Source: Callorhinchus milii (Eukaryota). Taken from it: a DNA stretch of 64,000 nt. The stretch spans positions 82,710,001 through 82,774,000 of the forward strand of contig NW_024704742.1 in NCBI RefSeq assembly GCF_018977255.1, given 5' to 3'. Both the position numbers and the translations under genes were made by a program. Under the pieces are notes generated by a model. That model saw only the letters and a program-made list of their open reading frames with translations, did no database searches and was not told the DNA's origin. Positions 39,437-50,705 of this stretch are shown in pieces (within the stretch, counting starts at the first letter, position 1; each line of letters starts with the position of its first letter).

Positions 39437-42290
39437 CAGCAACAACAACAAGATTACATTTGTATAGCGCCTTTCACGTCGGGAGGATGTCCCAAGGCAT
39501 TGGACAGTGTACAGCATTTCAGACCTGAGCTGGGATCAGGGAGGGAGAAGGGAGGGGAAGGGAAGGGGAGTGTCTGATGGCATGGTCGAAGAGGAAGGAT
39601 TTTAGGCGGGACTTGAAGGAGGCTAAGGAGGGGGCGAGGAGGAGTGATTGGGGGATGGAATTCCAGTGGTTGGGGGCAGAGTGGCTGAAGGCTCTCCCAC
39701 CAATAGTGGGGCGGGTGGGTCAGTGACGTGGAGCAGGCCGGAACCGGCTGAGCAGAGGGAGCGGTCAGGTTGGTAGGGGGTTAGGAGGTTGCAGAGGTAG
39801 GGTGGGGCGAGGCCATGGAGGGCTTTGTACTGGAGGAGGCAAAGTAGGCTTATGTGTCATCCACATACATGTGGAAGTTTACCCAGTGTCTGCGGATGAC
39901 ATTGCCCAGAGGGAGCATATAGATAAGAAAAAGAGAGGGCCAAGGATGGAACCTTGGAATACCCCACAGGTAACCAGTCGGGGATGGAAAGAGAAACCAT
40001 TTGCTGAGATGAAATGGAGGCAGTTGGTTAAGTGGGACTCGAACCATGCAAGTGTGGTCCCACTAAGGTAGATAAAGGAGGAGAGCCGATGGAGGAGGAT
40101 GGTGTTGTCGACTGTATCGAATGCGGCAGAGAGATCCAGGTGGACGAGGAGGCAGAGGGAGCCCTGGTCACAGATAGAGAGAATGTCATTTGTGACTTTG
40201 ACAAGTGCTGTCTCTGTGCTGTGGGCAGCGTGAAAAACAGACTCCTGGTACTTGAGGAGGGAGTGGAGGGAGAGGTGTGACTGAAGTTGATCTACAACAG
40301 TGCATTCCAGGACTTTGGCAAGGAAGAGTAGGTTGGAGATGGGATTGTAGTGTGAGAGATTAGAGGGATCGAGGATGGGGTTTTTGAGGAGGGGTTTGAT
40401 GACGTGGTTTTCAGAGGGAGTGGAACAGAGGCTGAGGAAAGAGATTGGTTGACCTTGTCGGCCAGCAGTGAGTAGAGAAGGAGGAGTTGAGTGACGAGTA
40501 GCTGGGTGGGGAAGGAGTCGAGGCAGCAGGTGGTGAACTTCATCCACGTGCTTGTGGTTGAGAGGGAGGGAGAAATGGGGGCAAAGGAGTGTAAGGAGAG
40601 GGAAGTGGCAGGATCCATGGCTGAGGGAAAAGGCAGTGTAGATGGTCTGGGTGGGGTGGAAGTGGATATGGTGGGAGGGAGGACGATGCAGCCAAGTGGA
40701 TGTTTTCAATTTTTGAGGCAAAGAAGTCTAGGACCTCTTCACAATTGGCGTTTGACGTGAGAATTGAGGGGGCTTGTGGGGGTGCATGGAGGCGGTGATG
40801 AACAGTGGAAAACAGTGTCTTTGAATTGTTGTTTGCCTCCAGGATGACTTTGGAGTAAAAGTCAGTTCTTGCCTGTGAAATGGAAAGGTAATAAATGCAG
40901 AGGTGCTCGAGCCACAGCTGGCGGTGAATCATGAGGTCAGATTTCTGCCATCTGCACTCGAGCATCCGGGTTTGTGTTTTGAGTGAGCGGAGATGACTGT
41001 TGTACCAGGGGGAGCGGGTGGGTTTGGAAACAACACTGGATTTCAGGGGAGCCAGGAAATTGAAGGTTGTGGAGAGACGTTGATTCAGCAGCTTGACGGC
41101 TGCATCAGGATCGCTGGAGGTGGACAGCCAGAGGGAGGGGTGGTCCGAGAAGAGAAGGAATTTGTGAGGGACTAAGGGGCAAGCTTTTCGCAGAGGTGGA
41201 AAAATATGGTGGAGGGTTTAGAAGAAGGGAGGAAGATGTGGGAAGAGTGGGAGATGCGGAAATGGTCCAAGATGGCCTTGTCCATGATAGACATGTCGGA
41301 AATGTCAAAGCCATGTGTGATGACTATGTCGAGAGAGTGGCCACAGTTGTGGGTCAGTGGGTTGATGTGGAGGGTGAGGTTTAGGGAGGAGAAGAGAGGG
41401 CAGTGAAATCCAAGGAGGTGGTGCAAGGGGAGTTTAGGTGGAGGTTGAAATCACCCATTATGAGCAGATCTTCAGTGCAGAGTGACAGGGATGACAGGAG
41501 AGAGGAGATATCGGTGAGGAAGGAGCCAGGAGGTTTGGGGGCCGAGTGGTAAACTAGCAGGATTTTGGGGGAGAGAGAGGAGGGATGGTAGAGGGTGAAA
41601 TGCTCAAAGGAGGAGAAACAGCCAGAGGAATAGGGGGATAGACCAAGGGAAGCTTAGGAGATGAGGGCCACCCAACTGCCATGTTGGTTGGGGTGGGTGG
41701 TGTGGTGAAAAGTGCAGCCAGGAGGGGAAGCTTCAACGAGGGGAACAGGGTCACCAGGGAAGGGCCAGGTTTCTGTAAGCCCACGAATATCAATGTGCAC
41801 ATCCAGGATGAGGTCATGGATAGTAAAGGCTTTGTTGGAGAGGGAGCGGACATTTTGGATAGGTTTGCTGGTGGTGGGGTGCTGGAGGAGAGTGATATAA
41901 GAGGATTTGAGGTCGTAGTGGAGAAACGACCATGGAATTTAAAGCTCAGGGAGAGTTGGAGATAGTACAGATGTGGAAGGAGGAAGGTGTGTTTGCCTTT
42001 CAGAGCCGATCGCTGCGGAGAGAATGAGCGATGGGACAGTTGGGGCGGCTGCTCTGGGACAAACAATGCCGGGAGCCACGATGGGCCTGGGGGAGGATGC
42101 CCAGACTGGAGCAGAGGGAGGTATTGGTGGGGTCCAAGAGAGAGAGAAGGCGAGGAGCGCGGTGGGAGAGAAGGACAGAGTGGGGGTAGCAGAATGTGAG
42201 GATGGGAGCAGGAACATTTTCAGGGGGAGCGGCTTGGGTCGGGGCGGCAGCCAAAACATGCACACAAAGACTGGGAGTGAATGATCAGCG
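39437..42290 (-). mobile_element. Long decayed L2 LINE with APE endonuclease and RT, internal deletion near 39830
   Basis: QNVRSLSNK..GLTETW (about 41770-41860), GDFNLH, TH..GHSLD, LDLSAAFDTVD, QGSILGP, YVDD in place of YADD, frameshifts, terminal hairpin. Confidence 0.93.
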
Positions 42291-42314
42291 GGGCAGCATC
42301 AGCCTATGGACTAC

Positions 42315-42593
42315 AGGAAGTTTCCTTACTCCACAAGCCTCTGTTTGCCTAGCCGTAAATAGGAATCCAGTTGTTAGTCAATCGGCGGATCTCTTTCCGG
42401 GGCTAATAGTCACTCAAAAAACTTCAATCAATCCATGACTATTTGTGGGACACTGCTGTGCACAATTGGCTGCTGCGTTTCGCCCAGAAAATACACAATC
42501 GATCCACTTGATAATATATTCTGGAAAGCACTTTGAGACTGCTCAATGATGTAATAAAGTGCAATATCGAGTGCAAGGATTATTATTATTATT
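42315..42593 (+). mobile_element. Old long-form SINE, head missing; donor of the segments copied at 43527-43664
   Basis: Central block and tail carrying private mutations. Confidence 0.88.
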
Positions 42594-42627
42594 GCAGTTT
42601 GATTTATTTTCAAGTACTGCATCCAAC

Positions 42628-42846
42628 GGTCCCTTCGCCTCGCTTCCTCCCTTGCCTCCTTCAAGGCCGGTCTCAAGACCGGTCTCTTTGACCGTGCCTT
42701 TGGTCTCCCTCCCACCTCTCTGCCTTCCCTCACCCCTACACCACCCCTCCCCCATGCTCGGGCCCCAACACCTGACTGTTCAGTGCTTTGGGATGTCCTC
42801 CCAACGTGAAAGGCGCTCTGTAAATGTAATTTTGTTGTTGTTGTTG
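42628..42846 (+). mobile_element. L2 3' fragment
   Basis: CTCTTTGACCGTGCCTT, terminal hairpin, (TTG)n. Confidence 0.88.
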
Positions 42847-43414
42847 CTAACCCGCTGGCAGTCCATTCAGTGGCTTAGGGCAACACAAAAGTGGAGGGAG
42901 GAAAGAGGGGAATCACACGAGACAGTCAATTAAAACTTGGTTTAACTGACGACACTATTCAGTGATGTGTTGATTAACACACCATAGGTTGCAATTTTCA
43001 CCCCAATATCAGAACAGTTATGCTGTTAATTCTCGGGACTTGGTATGGCATATGAGCTCATTCTTCCTTTGTGATTTGCCTGTATTTGTTCATTGGTTTT
43101 CTTTTCTCTATTTAGGGTTTTTAATTTTGTTGATGTCATTTTCAAATGAATTTTTCCAGAAAATGCAGTATTATTTTGTGAAGCTTGCTCAAAGAGAACT
43201 TTGATAAACAAATGTTTTTATGTTGTTTCATTAATGGAGAAAAAACATTGAAAATCTACATTTTCGGTATATGACATAGTTCTAAATTCATAAAATGGAG
43301 GTTATAATAATAATCCTTGCAATTGATATAGCACCTCTCAAAATGCTTCACAGGATTTACTGTAATGTGCAGTAAACTGTATATTTTGTATGCGAACAAT
43401 AATGCAAGTTATTA

Positions 43415-44405
43415 TAACAATAATAATCGTTGCATTTAATATAGCACCTCATCACATTTTCGAGATGTTTCAAAGAATTTCACAGAATATACTGTAAAGT
43501 GAATTAACTGTATATTTTGTGGGTGAACAATTGGCTGCTGCGTTTCGCCCAGAAAATACACAATCGAACCACTTGATAATATATTCTGGAAAGCAAAAAA
43601 TTGAAGTTTTTTGAGTGACTATTAGCCCCGGAAAGAGATCCGCCGATTGACTAACAACTGGATTGATTTCAAGATCCTCATCCTCACCTACAAGGCCATT
43701 CACGGCCTTGCTCCCTCCTACCTCTCCAACCTACTATCCCCCTACCTACCTGCCCGTACCCTCCGTTCCTCTGGCTCTGGTCTGCTCCACGTCCCCCGCC
43801 CCAACCGCCCTACCATCGGTGGTCGGGCCTTCAGCCTCTCAGCCCCCAGGCTCTGGAACTCCATCCCCCAGTGCCTTCGCCGCCTCCTCCCTTTCCTCCT
43901 TCAAGACCGGTCTCAAAACCTTTCTCTTTGACCGTGCCTTCAGCTCCCCTCTCGACTCTCTTCCCCCTCCTCGCTCCCTCCCTTCCCTCCCCTCACCCTG
44001 ACCATTTCCCCCCTCCTCGCTCCCTCCCTTCCCTCACCCTGACCATTTCCCCCCTGCTCGGGTCATGACCCAACTGTGCAGCGCCTTGGGACGTCCTCCT
44101 GACGTGAAAGGCGCTTTATAAATGGAATCTTGTTGTTGTTGTTGTTGTTGTGAAATGTGGCAGCCAATTGTGTACAGCAGTGGCCTACAAACAGGCGTGG
44201 ATCAAGTAACCAATTTTTATTTTAATTTGAAGGGATTATTATACCCAGTAAAGCAATCTGTCAATCGACCAACAACCGGATTCCTACTGACTGCTAGTTA
44301 AACTGAGGTGCGTGGAGTAAGGAAACTTGCCCAACGTTTCTCCCTGGCCGGGATTCAAACTCACTTGCAAGGAGAGTGCTCTAGCCACTAAGCTAAAGGA
44401 ATCTA
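43415..44405 (-). mobile_element. Long-form SINE split by the composite insertion 43528-44149
   Basis: The SINE stops at GTGAA 43523-43527 and resumes at GTGAA 44150-44154. Confidence 0.9.
43665..44149 (+). mobile_element. Young L2 3' fragment
   Basis: FKILILTYKAIHGLAPSYLS..APRLWNSIP, near identical to the L2 at 8961-9410, (TTG)n tail. Confidence 0.95.
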
Positions 44406-44552
44406 CAGGACTTGATAATGGTTGAGCAAGTCAATTTTTTGTTTTACTGCTGAAAGGGCTGACAGAATAACAGAATAATTTTTCCACCACAACACATCCC
44501 ACCACAGTATTGATGTAGCTTTAGTGTCTTTCTAACCTTAGAGTTTTAGAGA

Positions 44553-44698
44553 TCACACATCTCTCAAACAGGGAGCTACAGACAATAATAATAATAATCC
44601 TTGCATTTGATATAGCAGTTTATCACATCTTGAAGAAGTCTCAAAGCACTTCACAGAATATACTGTAAAGTGAATTGACTGTATATTTTGTGAGCAAG
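44553..44698 (-). repeat. SINE 3' part plus 31 bp of flank, inverted copy of 46220-46361
   Basis: Flank matches 46331-46361 at 29 of 31 positions. Confidence 0.85.
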
Positions 44699-45129
44699 AG
44701 TTATTAAGGGCAAAGTTATTAAGACTAGCAATGGTTCATGTACATCATGTGTATAATTGAACTGTTTTAGCAGGATATCTTTAAACAGTTCACCTATAGT
44801 GAAGATTAGATATAGGAATCTCAAACTGCAGACTGTACAAGGATCAGACTCATTCTTTCAGGAGCTTTCCAGTCTCACCCCTATCACCAAACAAGAATGC
44901 CCAAGTGGACACCAGGTATCTACAGCGAAGAGGTTTTGATGAAGGTTGCTATTATGTCGGAAAGTAATAACCAAATCTGACCTTGGTAACAGCAGCACTG
45001 CAAGGTCACGTGGTGCAATTTAAAATGTGATCGATTGAATGAATTTACATTTTACACACATTGAAATATCTCAAAGTGCTGAAGCCAATTACTAGCAACT
45101 ATAATAACTGTTTTTGTTTATCAGATGCC

Positions 45130-45530
45130 AATAATCTTTGCATTTGATATACTGCCTTCCATGTCAGGAGGATGTCTCAAAGTGCTTTACAGGATTTGGA
45201 ATGTGGCAGCCGATTTGTGTACAGCAACGTCCCATAATTAACCAGGAAGTAAAATGAGCAATTTTTTTTCTGGCAGATTGTTGGCCAGTACACCAGGAGA
45301 AACTCCCTTCTTTTTTTGAATATTGCCACATGGGACCTTTAACGTCCACTTGAAAACATAGATGAGACTTTGGTTCAACACATCATCCAAAGGATGGCAC
45401 CTCCAACAATACAGTGCTTCTCTCCACCACTGCACTGGAATGTCATCTCGATTTGAGTTCAAAGTCCCAACCCCCAACCCACAACCTTCTGACTCAGATA
45501 TAAGAGCATTACAAACCGAATCAGGGTGAC
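45130..45530 (-). mobile_element. Deu-domain SINE, full length
   Basis: Tail, Deu-type block, head CCCACAACCTTCTGACTCAGA. Confidence 0.82.
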
Positions 45531-45957
45531 ATTGTATGTGAATAAGTACAACTGTGGTTCTGATACCACCGTTCTGTTTTTTCCTTTCTCCAGTTTTCTT
45601 CCCGCTCCTCCTGAAATCCAGTTTGACTCCTTTTTCCTTCGATTTGGACAGGGTTCCATGGGCCTTAGGTATCCTCTGGGTTGTCACCCAAGTGAGCTTC
45701 AATCATGCCTGGGCGTTCAAACGGTATCCATAAAGATACGCTTCTAGAGAGATCAGAAGATAGTGATCAGGAACACTGCTTGATTCTGCTCTCCCTAGGC
45801 ATTAGTTACTGAGGCCTATTTTGCAACTTTTTGTTTTACTTGCATTATAAAATCCATGTAATTTGAATTTTGCAATCTTTCCACTATTAATTTTATTCAG
45901 AAGAGACCTTTTTAAAAAAATTTCAGTAGCATATAACCATCAGGTTGTCAGGTCTGT

Positions 45958-46330
45958 GGAGTCCTGAAGCTTAGTAGTTAGTGCAATTTCCTCGCAAGCG
46001 AGAGGATCTGGGTTTGATTCCTAGCAAGCAAAATGTTGGGCATGTTTCCACACTCCACATGCCTCTGTTTATCTAAGAGTAATTAGGAACCTGGTTATTA
46101 GTCGATTGGCGGATTGCTTTTCCAAGGGTAATAACCCCTTCAAAAAAAAATATAATAATTTGGTGATTCAATCCACGACTGTTTGTGGGACACTGTTGTG
46201 CACAGTTGACTGTCATGTTTTGCCCACAAAATACACAGTCAATTCACTTTACAGTATATTCTGTGAAGTGCTTTGAGACTTCCTCAAGTCGTGATAAGCT
46301 GCTATATCAAAAGCAAAGATTATTATTATT
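45958..46330 (+). mobile_element. tRNA-headed SINE, long form, full length
   Basis: GGAGTCCTG head, central block, tail. Confidence 0.9.
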
Positions 46331-46649
46331 GTCTGTAGCTCCCTGTTTTAAAGATGTGTGAACCCAACAGCCCATTCAACCCAAGTAATGTGGTTTCTGA
46401 AAGCCACAATGTACTTAATCAGTCAGCCAGAGCTCTGTTGCTCTAAGAAATATTGAAGTTATTCAATGCATTGTAAAGATCAGGTCAACTGTGTAGAACA
46501 AATCTGCCGCTAAATGACCAGTTTCAAATCATTGGTGCACATTCCCTCAGTGGCTTCCAAGACTCACATAACTTGTGTATCTTGCCAACATTTGGTTTGT
46601 GGAGTCTGTGATTCAGTGGGTGAGATATCTCTGGCCACTGGGTAACTGG

Positions 46650-46652
<3 letters not shown>

Positions 46653-46711
<59 letters not shown>
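46653..46711. repeat. (TAA)n microsatellite of about 19 units, expanded SINE tail
   Basis: Perfect triplet run adjoining CCTTGCATTTGATATAG. Confidence 0.95.
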
Positions 46712-47165
46712 CCTTGCATTTGATATAGTGCTTTATCATGTATACTGGAGTGACTGTGTATTTTGTAAGCAAAATGTGGCATAATAATGTCATATATAAT
46801 AATTCTTGCATTTCATATAGTGCTATATCACATAATTGAGACATCTCAAAGTGCTTCACACAATTTTACTGTGAAGTGTAGTAACTGTGTATTTGTAGGT
46901 GAATGCAACAGCCAATTTACACAAAGCAATATCTCACAAACAGTCATGATAATATTTTATCTGGAGGATTTTTGGCTAGGATATTGGGAGAAACTCCCTT
47001 CTCTTTTCAAATAGTGCTATGAGATCTTTAATGTCCAGAGATATGAAAAGGTACCTGAAAGGGTGGACTGGGCCTGGGTTTAAAGTCTCATCAGAAGAAC
47101 AGCATTTCTGGCAGCAGCTCCCCTGGCAATACACTGAAGTATCACCCTAGACTATGAGCTCAGAA
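46712..47165 (-). mobile_element. Stacked SINE 3' fragment and Deu-domain SINE
   Basis: Two successive tails followed by the Deu-type block. Confidence 0.75.
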
Positions 47166-48371
47166 TCCCAATGGGGCATTCGTCACGCAGATTCTTAAGC
47201 CTAGTAAGAGGAAACTTACATGAGAGCTCTTTGTGGCAGCACAATAGATGATGAGTTAGTTGAGTGAAAATGCACTTCACATATGTTAGTGAAGTCTATT
47301 ATGTGCGTTAGATAAATGCACGTGTAAATCGCGTGTATACCAATATGCAGCAGATCACAACCTACCTCACCCGTTTTAATCATTTCTAAAGCCATTTTTC
47401 TTAATCAACAATTATAGGTTTACAAAAGGTTAAAGGATAATCCAGAAGAGTTTAAAATTTCACTGTGAATTGCGGACCAGTGTAACATTTGATGTTTTGA
47501 TGAATTGTACCCTAATCTTTCATTATTCATTTGTGAGACAAGATGCAGATGAATCTATAACATTACCATTACCTCATATAACTGAAAAGCAAGTCAATGC
47601 AAACAGCACATGTGTTATTATTGTTTCAGTGAATCAGATCTCAATGAAAACCTGCTCTATATCACTGCACTGATGTGTGGTGCTGATGGAGAGTGTGAGG
47701 GATTCTTCCAGGTGTGATTATAAACCTTCATCTGATTCTTTGGTGGATGAGTGTGTTAGTAGGATTTAGGAAAGAACTACAAAGTTACAGCTGAATTGAA
47801 CAACTTGACAAATTCTGCACAGCCTGAATATCTCCACCGCACATCTTTGTGAGAACTTGAAACTCCATGGGGTCTAACATGTGTCTTGAATTTAGAAATT
47901 CAGACGGTATCATTTAGGAATTGTGATAATAGGTGGGTTAAAGCACCTGATTGGCATGCGTGCCGAGAAGTATGGTTAAGACATGTGACTGACATAGGAG
48001 CACAGCATAAAAAAGGGAGTGAAATTGTACTAGCGATGGATAGTTTAGGAGTGAATAAATAGAAAAAATGATGAACAAGCAGGAGTACTGTACATCTCTT
48101 GACTTCTAACAGAGTTTGACAGATTTGCTGGAGATGACAACTCCTACCCCACTGATCACACATTTGTCTGTGGTTGGCAGCATATTGACTTTTTAACTAA
48201 ACAAAAAACTCTGAGAGTAAAACTAACCAGAAGTCAAATGCATGATCTGGCTTCAAGGATATGGCATTGAGAATGTTACTGGAGGGGAATTCAGCCTCAG
48301 ACATATCCAACTTGTTCTTAATCTAATGCATTTCAAATGTCTAAAGTTAAACCACACATTAGACCCCCATA

Positions 48372-48787
48372 TAACAACAACTTGCACGTCTCAGTGCGCA
48401 TAACAGTGGCGGAGCCTGACTCTGAGCTAGGTGGGGGGAGGTGGGGTGTGGTGACAGTAAGCACAGTCGAAAAGGATGGTTTTCAAGTGGGACTTGAAAA
48501 AGGGGAGAGAGGGGCAAGGCAGAGGGATTGAGGGAGAGTGTTCCAGAGTTTTGGGGTCTAGTGGCTGAATGTGCAACCTCCAATGGTGGGGTGGAGGATG
48601 CAAGGGACAAGTTGGCGACCGGTACCAGTCGAGCAGAGGCACTGGGTGGTGGATTGGGGAGTGAGGAGCTCGGAGAAGTAGAGGGTGCTAGTGAGTGAAG
48701 GGATTTGAACACGAGTGTGAGGATCTTGAAGTCGATCCGTTCGGTGATGGGGAGCCAGTGGAGCCTGGCCAGTACTGGTGAGATGGT
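48372..48787 (-). mobile_element. L2 second subfamily, 3' fragment
   Basis: ISPVLARLHWLPITERIDFKIL; homologous to 38518-38960. Confidence 0.9.
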
Positions 48788-49034
48788 AAACACTGTGTGA
48801 AGAATTTGTAGCTTGAAATTAAAACACTAGAAATTATGGAATGAGAAAAATCCCACCTACTCCCCTTTCACACCCACACACGGTGGTATAATAAGGCCCT
48901 AGTGAGCCCCGATGCAAAAATATGTTAGAGGTTCTCTTCACGATGCCAAAATCAAAAATGTTGCTTCCCTTTACCATTGCCTTGATCTACATTTTCAGTT
49001 ACTTCTTCAAAACACTCTATTAAATTGTTCTGTC

Positions 49035-49320
49035 ATATTGTCAGAAGTGCTGTCCTTCAGATGAAGTCCTGTCTGTCTGTACAGGTGGAGGTTATAGGTC
49101 CCATCTCTCTAAAAGAGAAGGGAGTTTCTCCGAGTGTCATGGTCCATGATCCCCCAAATATAATTAAAATTGGTCATTCACTACATAGCTGTTTGTGGGA
49201 CATTACTGCGTGCAAATTGGCCGCCATGTTCACCAGTCACTACACTTCACAGTATATCTTGTGAAATGTGTTGAGGCATTTTGAGATAATAAGGCACTTT
49301 ACAAAAGAAAGTTCTTTCTT
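49035..49320 (+). mobile_element. Deu-domain SINE, partial
   Basis: Deu-type block and body. Confidence 0.7.
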
Positions 49321-49929
49321 CCTCCACTGTTACCCCAACTAACTCAGCACAGACTGGGGGAATTGAATCTGAGACTTTTCTGCTCTTTGGGCTTCATTCT
49401 CACTCAGCTCTCCAAGCTGCTACCAATGTGAAGGGTGCTTTAGAAATGTAAGGGATAGCGGAGGGGTGGGGAAGAATTTTAGCATATTTCTATTTGAATT
49501 ACTTCCACAGTCACATTCTGCTGATCTGGGCACACATCTTACTCTGTATATTATCACAGATTGTACATGTTGAACAAGTTTATGGAATGAGTGCACTTAG
49601 AACATTGTTGAAACAGTTAAGGTAAATTATCGGAGGCAATGTAAGCCAGAGAGTGATGTATTGGACTTTGATGAATGCCTTGTGGTATGTTGAATTATCA
49701 GTGAATTTTAAGAAAACCCAAAGGTGGGAGTTTGATAATTTGCTAATACATCAAACTACTTCACACAAAATTCCTCTAGACGTTGGCAGAAGTGAAATAG
49801 TAGATGGATTTGCAAACTGTGATCTGTCAAATGGAAGTTATTTACTTCCATTTCCTGACCTAGTTTTAAATAATATATCTGCAAATAATAAAGCCTTGGG
49901 GCTAAATTTGCAGAGTTTCATAATGTAAT

Positions 49930-50265
49930 GAATAATAATGTAATCCTTGCATTTGGTATAGCGCCTATGACGTTGTTGAGACATCTCAAAGCACTTCACA
50001 AGACTTTGTCTAACTGTAGTGACTGTGTATTTATAGGCAAACACAGTAGCCAATTTACATACAGGAAAGTCCCACAAGCAGCTGTGAACTGAATGACCAA
50101 TTTTATTTGGGGGATTGTTGCCCATGTCATTGGGAGAAACTCTCTTCCCTTTTCGAATAGTGTGATGAGATCTTTAACATCCACCTGGATAGGCAGACAG
50201 AGCCTTGGTTTAACATCTCATCCAAAGAATGGCACCTCCAGGATTCCAGCACACCACTAGCACTG
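49930..50265 (-). mobile_element. Deu-domain SINE, head missing
   Basis: Tail and Deu-type block. Confidence 0.82.
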
Positions 50266-50705
50266 AGGAATTTTTGACTGTGACATTAGGAGGCTGACAC
50301 CTGACACATTCTTAAATGTAACAAAATAGCAAATATTTCAATCGATTCCAAAAAATATCCATGATGATAAACATTGGTAGGGTGGACAGGACTTTGAATT
50401 CTGGAAAATGGTTTCTTGGACCACCTTGTTTGAAGCCATCTTTTCTTAAAAAAGATGTGCATTTTCACGAGTTTTAATTCAATTTTAACCATTTTTTTAA
50501 GAAGTGTTATAATTGTTTTGAGATTGAAAAAGTGTGAAGTCTACCACCAACTTTATGGTTTTCCCTATAGACTACAGTTATTTAAGTCCATTTACAGGTC
50601 TTCAGGGAAAGCTCAAAAGTCTGTGAGGCAGATTGTGCTAGTTTTTAAAAATGCATTCTCTGTTGATACCAGTGGCTAAACTAGTCATTATGAAACTGTA
50701 GGCAT

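Noticed and set aside
46524..46859. Poly-Tyr, poly-Leu and poly-Ile ORFs
   Set aside because: Produced by the (TAA)n microsatellite.
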